A stretch of 60,053 nucleotides of DNA, the filler included, from Candidatus Babelota bacterium (GTDB lineage Bacteria; JAGOBX01), in the NCBI GenBank assembly GCA_017999075.1. It is 7 parts of 7 records of this genome, joined end to end, with 100 filler letters (N's around TTAATTAATTAA, not from the genome) between each part and the next. Parts side by side here need not be neighbours in the genome. Positions count along the whole stretch, not along the records: positions 1 to 8,606 come from JAGOBX010000131.1; 6 more parts are not named here. One strand, 5' to 3'. Position numbers and translations under genes: made by a program. This document shows, piece after piece, positions 1-8,433 of this stretch (position 1 is the stretch's first letter; each line of letters opens with the position of its first letter). The notes below the pieces were generated by a model. It was not told where the DNA came from. It saw nothing but the letters and a program-made list of their open reading frames with translations, and ran no database searches.

Positions 1-91
1 ATATAAAATTATTTGTAATATTATGAATTCAAAATTTTTAAAATTTTGGTTAATAAAAAGTGCAAGAAATGGTTAAGAATAAATAAAATCC

Positions 92-182
92 GTCGTCTAT
101 CTTATGACTGCCGTTCGCGCTGCGCGCGACCTACGGACAGTCGCCTGCGGCGACCGTCGGCAGTCATTATCCGATATATGAC
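92..182 (+). repeat. attC-like cassette recombination site 1 (non-canonical, TATC/GATA core)
   Basis: GTCGTCTATC-TT-ATGACTGCCG(104-113)...CGGCAGTCAT(158-167)-TATCC-GATATATGAC; GC-rich palindrome in AT-rich intergenic DNA. Confidence 0.85.
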
Positions 183-211
183 AGTGTTTTAAGAAAAAAT
201 GCAATAAACTG

Positions 212-240
212 TTGACATAACAACAATATCGTTGTATAGT
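212..240 (+). promoter_or_regulatory. sigma70 promoter with palindromic operator for the TA cassette
   Basis: TTGACA(212-217)-N17-TATAGT(235-240); ACAAC-N6-GTTGT inverted repeat at 220-235; ATG at 248 suggests a leaderless transcript. Confidence 0.7.
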
Positions 241-247
241 GCTGGTT

Positions 248-622
248 ATGGATGAAAAGGAATTTTCGGTATGCTTTTATTCAAAAGCAAACAACCAAAC
301 ACCAGTTGAAATATTTTTAGATTCGTTGAATACTAAAGAACAACAAAAAATAGTTGCTCATATTAAATTATTAGAAAAATACGGAAACAAGTTAGAAAGA
401 CCATATAGTGCATATTTACGTGATAAAATTTATGAACTTCGGATAAAGGTTTCACGAAATCAATATAGAATTTTTTATTTTTTCTATTTAGATAAGAAAA
501 TAATTTTAACAAATGCAATGATAAAAAAGACAGATGAAATTCCAATACAAGAAATCGAAAAAGCGGTATCTTATATGAATGATTTTATTACTCGATATAA
601 ACGAGGTGATATTAAATTATGA
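248..622 (+). CDS. RelE/HigB-family (Gp49-like) toxin
   Basis: PVEIFLDSL, LERPYSAYLRDKIYELR and YRIFYFF motifs; overlaps the downstream HTH gene. Confidence 0.85.
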   Translation: MDEKEFSVCFYSKANNQTPVEIFLDSLNTKEQQKIVAHIKLLEKYGNKLERPYSAYLRDKIYELRIKVSRNQYRIFYFFYLDKKIILTNAMIKKTDEIPIQEIEKAVSYMNDFITRYKRGDIKL

Positions 623-906
623 AAACATTAAAACAGTATATCACTGAAAAAGAAAAAAAAAGCCCAGGTTATAAAAAAGAAATAGAACGTGAATTTATAA
701 AAGCAGAGATATTTTATTTATTGCGCAAAACACGAGAAAAACATCAAATATCGCAAATAGAATTAGCACAGAAATGTCGTTTATCTCAGCAAGCTATTTC
801 GAAAATTGAAAATGCTAAAGATGATCATATTTCTCTGCACACATTAAATAAATATGTTAGTGCGTTGGGATATAGATTAAATTTTGCATTAGAACCTGCG
901 TTATGA
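619..906 (+). CDS. XRE-family HTH antitoxin (HigA-like)
   Basis: ISQIELAQKCRLSQQAISKIEN HTH; ATGA overlap with the toxin. Confidence 0.85.
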   Translation: MKTLKQYITEKEKKSPGYKKEIEREFIKAEIFYLLRKTREKHQISQIELAQKCRLSQQAISKIENAKDDHISLHTLNKYVSALGYRLNFALEPAL

Positions 907-913
907 AAACACC

Positions 914-1007
914 GTCATATATCTCGGAGTCTGCGCTCGCCGCTGCGCGGCGGCCTTGCGGTCAGACTGCTGCGCAGTCCGACGCAGACTCCTGTCCGAT
1001 AACCGAT
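914..1007 (+). repeat. attC-like site 2
   Basis: GTCATATATC-TC-GGAGTCTGCG-c-TCG...CGA-CGCAGACTCC-TGTCC-GATAACCGAT. Confidence 0.85.
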
Positions 1008-1028
1008 ATTTTTATTAAAGGGAAAAAT

Positions 1029-1775
1029 ATGGTGCAAATTATTTATTTTTTTATTACATTATTTCTAATATTTAGTAATTCATCTAATGCTTCAATATTA
1101 GGAATGGAGTATAAGGAAATAATATTTAATCAAAACGATACAACTATTGACGCAATATGGGCAGATAATTTAAAAATTACTCAAAGTGGACTTGAAAGTC
1201 CAAAATTAGAATCATTAATGAGTATTGAGACATGGATTAAAATTAATAAAATGTCCGCAGGTTATGCTTGGCGCCCACCTGAAAATTCTAATATTAGACT
1301 ATTTATTGATGGCATAGGTTCAGAGACATTTCCATTACAAGTTTATGTAAGATTTGGCTGTGATGGTAAACACTGGTCAACATGGTATAAAATGAATATA
1401 GATTTTAACTATAAATTTTTTAGGAAAAAAGCCAAGTGGATTTTTTCCTATGAACTTAGAATTCCCAAAGATAAACAAGAAAATGAATATTCAAAATTAT
1501 TTAGTGAATGGGGACAAACAGATGTAGCCTGGTCATCTGATGAAAATGCTTTTTGTGAATATTTGATAAATAAAAAGCCAGATTTTTTTAGAGACAATTT
1601 TCCATTTATCGGGTATTTACAGTTTCTTTTTGAAAGTTCTTCTTTAAAAGAAAAAATAATAATAAAATCTATAAGTATTGAATCGGCTTACGGGGTTGGC
1701 GGTATGCATTCAAAACCTAAAGAAGGATATATACCTGATTATAATAGCAAATGGCACTTAAATATTGGCAAATAA
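1029..1775 (+). CDS. hypothetical secreted protein (cassette ORF)
   Basis: ATG at 1029 after AAGGGA, followed by a signal-peptide-like MVQIIYFFITLFLIFSNSSNA; the ORF-track extension to 903 merely reads through site 2. Confidence 0.75.
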   Translation: MVQIIYFFITLFLIFSNSSNASILGMEYKEIIFNQNDTTIDAIWADNLKITQSGLESPKLESLMSIETWIKINKMSAGYAWRPPENSNIRLFIDGIGSETFPLQVYVRFGCDGKHWSTWYKMNIDFNYKFFRKKAKWIFSYELRIPKDKQENEYSKLFSEWGQTDVAWSSDENAFCEYLINKKPDFFRDNFPFIGYLQFLFESSSLKEKIIIKSISIESAYGVGGMHSKPKEGYIPDYNSKWHLNIGK

Positions 1776-1779
1776 AAAC

Positions 1780-1876
1780 ATCGGTTATCTTAGACCTGCC
1801 GTTCGCGCCGCAAGCGTCGCGACCCTACGGGACACCGCGCAAGCGCGGCGTCGGCAGGTCTTATCCGATAACTGCC
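1780..1876 (+). repeat. attC-like site 3
   Basis: ATCGGTTATC-TT-AGACCTGCCG...CGGCAGGTCT-TATCC-GATAACTGCC. Confidence 0.85.
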
Positions 1877-1896
1877 ATTTTTAAAAAGAGAAAAAT

Positions 1897-2781
1897 ATGA
1901 TTATAGATTCACACACTCATTTATTTGATGTATTCACAGGACATAAAATTAAAAAAGGAATAGTTAATTATCCTTTAGGCATAACAATGCTGTTAGAATG
2001 GTTGGGATATAAAAAAGGAAATAATAATAAAACTCCGAATAAAATCATTCGATATTTAGCATTATATGATAATTTAAAACGTTCCCAATGCGGAACAATA
2101 GAAAATTTAGTTTTTTATATGTCTGAAAATAAAATTCAAAAATCATTAGTTTGGGCGATTGAACCATTTGTGAAAACAAAAGGACTAATTGAAATATATA
2201 AAGATAATAATAATTTATTGCCAATAGCCTCAATTAACTTATTTAATAATCCTGATATTGATATTGTTAATGAATTTAAAAAAAATATTTCGGATAAAGT
2301 ATTTGGATTAAAGATACATCCAATAATTCAAAATATTCATCCGGCATCCGAAATATTTTTAAATGTTTTAGAAGAATATGCAATTTATAAAAAACCTGTT
2401 TTTTTACACACCGGGTCAAGCTCGGTTGTATTTAGAGAATATAATAATTATGAATATGGTTCAATATATAATTTTGAAAAAGCGGTTAAAACATTTCCGA
2501 ATATTCAATTTATATTTGGACATATGGGTAATAATACGCCTTTGGAGGCAATTGATTTAGCAAAAAAATATTCTAATATAATTCTCGAAACAAGTTATCA
2601 AAACAATAAAATAATCAAAATTGCTATAGATAATATAGGTATTGAACGAATAATATTTGGCTCTGATTTTCCGTATTCAAGACAATATTATGCTTTGAAA
2701 GAAATTTTTAAATTAAAAATTTCTTACGATAATTTAGAAAAAATATTATTTAAAAATATAAAAAGAATTATTAACATTTAA
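1897..2781 (+). CDS. amidohydrolase family (Amidohydro_2) metal-dependent hydrolase
   Basis: IIDSHTH, GLKIHP, FLHTG, FGHMG and IIFGSDFPY motifs. Confidence 0.85.
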   Translation: MIIDSHTHLFDVFTGHKIKKGIVNYPLGITMLLEWLGYKKGNNNKTPNKIIRYLALYDNLKRSQCGTIENLVFYMSENKIQKSLVWAIEPFVKTKGLIEIYKDNNNLLPIASINLFNNPDIDIVNEFKKNISDKVFGLKIHPIIQNIHPASEIFLNVLEEYAIYKKPVFLHTGSSSVVFREYNNYEYGSIYNFEKAVKTFPNIQFIFGHMGNNTPLEAIDLAKKYSNIILETSYQNNKIIKIAIDNIGIERIIFGSDFPYSRQYYALKEIFKLKISYDNLEKILFKNIKRIINI

Positions 2782-2782
2782 A

Positions 2783-3664
2783 ATGAAAAAAATTGTAATA
2801 TTGACATTTGAAAGTTTGGGTTCTGGATATTTAATTTATCATATTATGAATAGTAAATATCAGAAATATATTGATCAAATAATTATTAGTAAAAAATCAA
2901 AGCCGTTAAATTATGTATTTGCATATTTACAAAAATTTCATTTTAAAATTTTCATTTTAAAAATATTCGAATTTTTTTCTTTTAAAATTTTCAATTTATT
3001 GTATTTAGTTACAAAAAAAAAAATAGGAATTCCAAGTATAAAACAAATGTGTAAAGAAAATAATATTTTTTTTTGTTATGAAAATAATATTAATTCTAAG
3101 TTTAATATAAATATATTTCAGACAAAAAAAGAAACAGTTTATTTGTCTATTTATTTTGATCAAATTATTAAGAAGGAATTATTGCAAAGTATGGGCGGAA
3201 ATTGTTATAATATACACCCCGCATTGTTGCCTAATTATGGAGGACCAATTCCGACTTTTTGGATGTTATTTAATAAAGAAAGTGAATGTGGAATTACATT
3301 ACATAAAATTGATACGAATATTGATGAAGGGATAATTTATTATCAACAGAAATTTAAAATAACTCCAAATGATAGTGTTCAATCTCTTTATTTAAAATCT
3401 ACATGTAAAGCAACGAATATTTTGTATAAATTTTTAGACGATATACTTTCATCACAAAATGAAATTAAATCAATTGAAAACGAATATAAGAAATCATATT
3501 ATACATTCCCATTGAAAGATATGAATATAAATCATATTAAATTATTATCATGGAAATATTTTTTTTCATGGGTAAAGAATTTTAAAAACGGCAGTTATCT
3601 TGACCTTTTACCTCGCACCGCAAGCGGTGCGGCGGCTTTGCCGTCATCGCTTCGCGACGAGTAA
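2783..3664 (+). CDS. formyltransferase family protein (Fmt/ArnA-N-like)
   Basis: NIHPALLPNYGGPIP, GITLHKID and IDEGII motifs; the C-terminus runs into site 4. Confidence 0.85.
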   Translation: MKKIVILTFESLGSGYLIYHIMNSKYQKYIDQIIISKKSKPLNYVFAYLQKFHFKIFILKIFEFFSFKIFNLLYLVTKKKIGIPSIKQMCKENNIFFCYENNINSKFNINIFQTKKETVYLSIYFDQIIKKELLQSMGGNCYNIHPALLPNYGGPIPTFWMLFNKESECGITLHKIDTNIDEGIIYYQQKFKITPNDSVQSLYLKSTCKATNILYKFLDDILSSQNEIKSIENEYKKSYYTFPLKDMNINHIKLLSWKYFFSWVKNFKNGSYLDLLPRTASGAAALPSSLRDE

Positions 3665-3693
3665 AAGGTCTATCCGATAGACGCAATGCAATC
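3590..3693 (+). repeat. attC-like site 4
   Basis: GGCAGTTATC-TT-GACCTTTTAC-c-TCG...CGA-GTAAAAGGTC-TATCC-GATAGACGCAATGCAATC. Confidence 0.85.
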
Positions 3694-3779
3694 TCAACGA
3701 AAGCGGCTACGATTTTCTTTAAAACTCGCAACTAAAACTATTGACAAATAAAGCACTTACAATATTTTTTGAAAAATCC

Positions 3780-3808
3780 CTAAAGTTTTTTTGAGATTCA
3801 GACGATAT
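3780..3808 (+). promoter_or_regulatory. sigma28/SigD (FliA) promoter
   Basis: CTAAAGTTT...GACGATAT (TAAA-N16-GACGATAT) upstream of a flagellin gene. Confidence 0.65.
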
Positions 3809-3903
3809 ATAAGACAGTTTGTGAAATTTATATTGAGGTGATTATAGAAATAATCATTTAATTAAAATCTAATTCGACTTAAAAATGTCGATACATAATT
3901 AAA

Positions 3904-4085
3904 CCTTGAGTTGAAAACTGGCACTTTTCTAAAGTCCAAGGTAAAACACACGCTTCCGAATTTAAGTTCGGGGCGTAAGCTTTTACGCTTTGGACTTCGG
4001 TATGCCAGTACCTCAACTCAGGGCGTTGAGTTTACGCCCTTTGCACTTTCAGAAAACAACTCAAAAAAAATAGCGTAAATTCAAC
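3904..4085 (+). other. structured 5' leader (long hairpin 3904-4023 plus hairpin 4025-4085)
   Basis: nested complementary segments CCTTGAGTTGA/TCAACTCAGGG, ACTGGCA/TGCCAGT, AAGTCCAA/TTGGACTT, GTAAAA/TTTTAC and GTTGAGTTTACGC/GCGTAAATTCAAC. Confidence 0.55.
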
Positions 4086-4096
4086 ATTTAAAATAA

Positions 4097-4108
4097 CTCA
4101 AGGATGAG
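4097..4108 (+). promoter_or_regulatory. CsrA-type binding hairpin overlapping the RBS
   Basis: CTCA-AGGA-TGAG places GGA in a hairpin loop next to the GAGGTG Shine-Dalgarno of the flagellin. Confidence 0.6.
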
Positions 4109-4119
4109 GTGATTTTTAA

Positions 4120-5763
4120 ATGGATTTGATGAGCGCTATAACTAATTCACTCGCAAACGGCGCATACAGAATGATGAACTTGCAACGAGACCAAATGTTG
4201 CAACATCAGAACAAAATATCTTCAGGAAAACGGATAAATTCAGCATCCGATGATGCTGCCGGACTTGCAATATCTAAAAAATTTGAAACACAAACAAGAG
4301 GGCTTCAACAAGCTAACAGAAATGTTCAAGACGGAATTTCTATGTTGCAAACATTAGAAGGCGGTCTTGGTGGAATACACGATATATTACAACGAATGAG
4401 AAGTCTTGCAGTTCAATCAGCAAATGATACATTAACAAATGAAGACAGAAACTTAATTCAATTAGAAATAAACGAATTGATTAAAGAAATCGACAGAAAA
4501 CAAACAAGTTGTGAATTTAATACAATCAAGTTATTAAAAGGAGTTTTCAATAATCCTAAATTAGGCGAATGGAATCAAATAACACAATTGAATGGTTCTT
4601 CTATAGCAGGTTTTGATGTTAGCACTGACGGAAAACTAATTACTTTTTCTTCAAATAAGGATGACGGAATAACAAGCAAATTATATGTAATGAATTCTGA
4701 CGGAAGTAATATTAAAAAATTAACCGATTTTCCGTCATATATGTCAAAATTTACTCCAGATAATGAAAACATAACATTTACAGGTATTCCACCAGGCGAA
4801 ACTCTTCGTGAAGCTATGATGATTAGTGTTGACGGAAATAATTTAACAAACCTTTCAAATACTCCGCTTTCGGCAGAATCTTATTCTCAAGTATCTCCTG
4901 ACGGAAATACTGTTATTTGGTCTCAAAGCGGAAATTTAATTAAATCTGATTTTCCTGACTTAAACCCATCTGCAACAGGTAATGTAATTGGCAATTGGTT
5001 TAATTATTTTCCGTCAGGTGATAAAATAATCTATCATCGCAACGTCGTCACAAGTTGGGAAATATTTATTGCTGATTTAGAAGGAAATGTTTTACAACAA
5101 GTTACTAATAATTCCCTTTCTGATTTAGTCTACGGAAATGGAATTTCACCAGATGAAAGTAAAATTGTTTTTTCAAGGCATTCGTCTAATAGTTCTACCG
5201 ATGATACAGGCGAATTATATATGATGAATATTGACGGCAGTGAGTTAACTCGATTAACAGATAATAATTCATTTGAAGGATTGAGTCAATTATCCGAAGA
5301 CGGAAAAAAACTTTACTTTGTTTCGAATAAAACAGGTGCTCAAGAAATTTATACTGCCGAAATGGAATATGACGGTTTATTCTTACATGCTGGCGCAAAT
5401 ATGAATCAAACTATTGAATTAAAACTTGACAATATGAGTTCATACGCACTAGGAATTCGTGGATTATCCGTTGAAACTCAAACTCAATCAGAAGCAGCAT
5501 TAGGACTAATGGATAATGCTATAAATAAAGTTTCCGCATATAGAGCAAAAATTGGAGCTCTTCAAAATCGCCTTGAACATACTTTTAATTATAACGGAGC
5601 AGCCGAAGAAAATCAGACATCTGCCAAATCACGAATCGAAGATGCAGACATTGCTCGTGAAATGATTGAATACACAAAACGAGATATGCTCGATAAAATT
5701 TCAATGTCAATGCTTTCACAAGCAAACTTAAAGCAAAAAAATATTTTAAATTTATTTCAGTAG
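4120..5763 (+). CDS. fliC: flagellin with TolB-like (PD40) beta-propeller in the variable region
   Basis: Flagellin_N (SSGKRINSASDDAAGLAI, LQRMRSLAVQSANDT) and Flagellin_C (RAKIGALQNRLEH, SRIEDADIAREM); the centre has repeated SPDG/STDGK...I.FSS...LY.MN.DGS blades. Confidence 0.9.
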   Translation: MDLMSAITNSLANGAYRMMNLQRDQMLQHQNKISSGKRINSASDDAAGLAISKKFETQTRGLQQANRNVQDGISMLQTLEGGLGGIHDILQRMRSLAVQSANDTLTNEDRNLIQLEINELIKEIDRKQTSCEFNTIKLLKGVFNNPKLGEWNQITQLNGSSIAGFDVSTDGKLITFSSNKDDGITSKLYVMNSDGSNIKKLTDFPSYMSKFTPDNENITFTGIPPGETLREAMMISVDGNNLTNLSNTPLSAESYSQVSPDGNTVIWSQSGNLIKSDFPDLNPSATGNVIGNWFNYFPSGDKIIYHRNVVTSWEIFIADLEGNVLQQVTNNSLSDLVYGNGISPDESKIVFSRHSSNSSTDDTGELYMMNIDGSELTRLTDNNSFEGLSQLSEDGKKLYFVSNKTGAQEIYTAEMEYDGLFLHAGANMNQTIELKLDNMSSYALGIRGLSVETQTQSEAALGLMDNAINKVSAYRAKIGALQNRLEHTFNYNGAAEENQTSAKSRIEDADIAREMIEYTKRDMLDKISMSMLSQANLKQKNILNLFQ

Positions 5764-5775
5764 GAGAATTTTTAA

Positions 5776-6348
5776 ATGGGTGATTATAATCAGTGGTATA
5801 ATTTCACATATGAAGGAATATTTTCTTTAGCGTCATGGGATAATTTCAATGAAGATATTGAAAAAAAAATTATATGTCTTTTTTCATGGATGCCCTGTGC
5901 TATAATGAATATTACTCATTCAGGAAAAGGAAAAAATCGAATCACAAAAGCTCAAGTATATAACATTGAAAATTGTAAAGAAAAAATTTTATCTGTCAAA
6001 TCAATCGCTGAATCATTTAAAAATATAAAATTGGTAGATATCGACATTAAAAATAAAAAAATAAAACAAAATATTCTTGATTTAAGTAAACCACTTGTCG
6101 AAATATTTGGAACAGTAGGAGCAAGTAAATTTTTACATTTTAGTTTTCCATTTTTTTTTATTATGTGGGATCGAAAAATAAGAAATCATTATAAATTAAA
6201 AGACAATGAAATAGGTTATTATAATTATTTATTGAATGCAAAAGAAGCATTAAATAATTCCGATATTTTAAATATAGCAAAAAATAAATTTCCTAATAAC
6301 ATTCTGCGTGGTTTAGATATATACAGAATGGAAACTATTCGAGATTAA
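5776..6348 (+). CDS. hypothetical protein
   Basis: 190-aa ORF with AGGAG RBS directly after the flagellin; GASKFLHFSFP..FIMWD motif. Confidence 0.7.
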   Translation: MGDYNQWYNFTYEGIFSLASWDNFNEDIEKKIICLFSWMPCAIMNITHSGKGKNRITKAQVYNIENCKEKILSVKSIAESFKNIKLVDIDIKNKKIKQNILDLSKPLVEIFGTVGASKFLHFSFPFFFIMWDRKIRNHYKLKDNEIGYYNYLLNAKEALNNSDILNIAKNKFPNNILRGLDIYRMETIRD

Positions 6349-6376
6349 AATTATTTTATCCACATATAATAATGCC

Positions 6377-6489
6377 GATTGCACTGCGTCTATCATAGTC
6401 CTATACCTCGTGCTTCGCACGGCTGCTGCGCAGTCATTTTGCCTTCGGCAAAACGAGTATAGGACATTACCGTTATCCGCAAAAAGCGC
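6377..6489 (+). repeat. attC-like site 5 (right core GTTA)
   Basis: GATTGCACTGCGTCTATC-AT-AGTCCTATAC-c-TCG...CGA-GTATAGGACA-TTACC-GTTATCCGC. Confidence 0.85.
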
Positions 6490-6570
6490 AGAGAGAAAAT
6501 TCATTTGCTTAATTATTTATTTTGATATATTATGTAATCATTTATAAAATGAAATGTGGAGAACTAACTA

Positions 6571-7734
6571 ATGTTTAAAGAAATTCTATTAACTTATGAT
6601 AGTAATTTAACAAAAAATGAAATAATGTCAATAAATATTTTCAATAATTCATTTGATGAAAGTGATATTAAATTGGAATATAATTGTAATAAAATTATTG
6701 TTTTGTTACGTGAAGTTGACTTGGATAATTTGAAACGTGTATCTCAAGGTTTATTAAAATGTTCAGAAAAACCAATTTTTTCGGATATTATTACTCGTAT
6801 TGAAGCTATTAAAAGTTATGGCATCAATGGGAAAAAAAGAAATTATATTGATTACAATAAAGAACGGAAAGTAAAAAATCGAACAGAAAAAGAAGAAAAG
6901 CGAGGACAATATTATTATACAAAAGGTAATGATTTTTCAAAAATAAATAATGACTTACCTAATGAATTTATTGATAAAATTATATCAGAAGATAGCGAAA
7001 TTTTTTTGAAAAAATTGCCAGATAATTCTATTGATTTGGTTTTTACTTCTCCGCCGTATAATTTTGGATTGGAATATGAAAAAAATGCGGATGATCATTA
7101 TTGGGATGATTATTTTAATAAATTATATAAAGTTTTTGAACAGTGTATTAGAGTATTAAAATATGGCGGCAGAATTATTGTAAATATTCAACCTCTTTTT
7201 TCAGATTATATTCCGAGTCATCACATAATAAGTAATTATTTCATCCAAAAAAAATTGATTTGGAAAGGAGAAATTTTATGGGAAAAAAATAATTATAATT
7301 GTAAATATACAGCTTGGGGAAGTTGGAAAAGTCCAAGTAATCCATATTTAAAATATACATGGGAATTTCTTGAAATATTCTCAAAAGGGAGTTTAAAAAA
7401 AGAGGGAAAATCTGGAAATATAGACATTATTGCAGATGAATTTAAACAATGGGTTGTTGCTAAATGGTCTATAGCTCCTGAAAGAGATATGAAAAAATTC
7501 AACCACCCTGCTATGTTCCCAGAAAAATTAGTTGAAAGAGTTATTAAACTTTTTAGTTATAAAAATGATGTTATTCTTGACCCTTTTAATGGAGTAGGAA
7601 CAACAACATTAGTTGCTAAAAAAAATGAGAGAAAATTTATTGGTATTGATATTTCTAACGAGTATTGTTCTACCGCGTTAAAAAGATTAGAAAATTTAAA
7701 AATAGAACAGGGGTTGTTTGCAAATGAATTATGA
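6571..7734 (+). CDS. site-specific DNA methyltransferase (N4/N6, beta class)
   Basis: FTSPPYN motif IV precedes HPAMFPEKL and ILDPFNGVGTT (motif I). Confidence 0.9.
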   Translation: MFKEILLTYDSNLTKNEIMSINIFNNSFDESDIKLEYNCNKIIVLLREVDLDNLKRVSQGLLKCSEKPIFSDIITRIEAIKSYGINGKKRNYIDYNKERKVKNRTEKEEKRGQYYYTKGNDFSKINNDLPNEFIDKIISEDSEIFLKKLPDNSIDLVFTSPPYNFGLEYEKNADDHYWDDYFNKLYKVFEQCIRVLKYGGRIIVNIQPLFSDYIPSHHIISNYFIQKKLIWKGEILWEKNNYNCKYTAWGSWKSPSNPYLKYTWEFLEIFSKGSLKKEGKSGNIDIIADEFKQWVVAKWSIAPERDMKKFNHPAMFPEKLVERVIKLFSYKNDVILDPFNGVGTTTLVAKKNERKFIGIDISNEYCSTALKRLENLKIEQGLFANEL

Positions 7735-8428
7735 AAAAATAAATGAATTAGTTAAAACTTATGAATCTGTTGTAAAAGTTGTCGATAAAAAAGCATCCGA
7801 AGAAGAACATCGAGCTTATGGTGGCGTTGTTCGAAGTGTCAAAGGTTGGTTGCAAGAACATTTAACAGAAGAAATAATAAAAATTGCTTGGGAAAATGTA
7901 GGTGGAAATAATTCAAGAATTGAAATTAATTCTCAAAAACAAATGATACCAATTAAAAAAGATTATATCATCAAAATTCAAGATGAAGAAATTAAAAATT
8001 TTATATTAGAAAATATTACAGATTATTTTTATGGATTGAGTGTGGATAAACAAATTTTTATTGATAATAATTTTGTTATTGGAATAGAATGTAAAGCATA
8101 TACGGAAAATGCGATGATAAAAAGAATCCTTGTTGATTTCAGTTTATTGAAAACAATTTTTCCGCAATTACAGTGTTATCTATTTCAGTTAGAAAGTCAA
8201 CTCGGTGGAGATTATTCAGAATTAAAGAAAATTACTTTTGGCAGCACGTCGACACATACTTTGATGTCATATTTTCCAGATGTTAGTTTAAATATTTTTA
8301 CTTTTTTGAAAGGTGAAAGAAAGGTTGATAAACCAATTCATAAATATGAACATTTCAAACCTATCGAAAAAGATAAATTAATAGAAGCAGTTGAATTAAT
8401 ATCAGAAGATATAAAAAGATTTTTATAA
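7724..8428 (+). CDS. putative type II restriction endonuclease
   Basis: overlaps the MTase; VDKQIF...GIECKAY resembles a PD-(D/E)xK motif. Confidence 0.7.
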   Translation: MNYEKINELVKTYESVVKVVDKKASEEEHRAYGGVVRSVKGWLQEHLTEEIIKIAWENVGGNNSRIEINSQKQMIPIKKDYIIKIQDEEIKNFILENITDYFYGLSVDKQIFIDNNFVIGIECKAYTENAMIKRILVDFSLLKTIFPQLQCYLFQLESQLGGDYSELKKITFGSTSTHTLMSYFPDVSLNIFTFLKGERKVDKPIHKYEHFKPIEKDKLIEAVELISEDIKRFL

Positions 8429-8433
8429 ACAGA

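Noticed and set aside
903-1028. N-terminal 42 aa of ORF 903..1775
   Set aside because: This is translation through att-like site 2; the ATG at 1029 has an RBS and a signal peptide.
3741-3763. TTGACA...TACAAT as a sigma70 promoter for the flagellin
   Set aside because: The spacer is only 11 nt; the sigma28 motif fits better.
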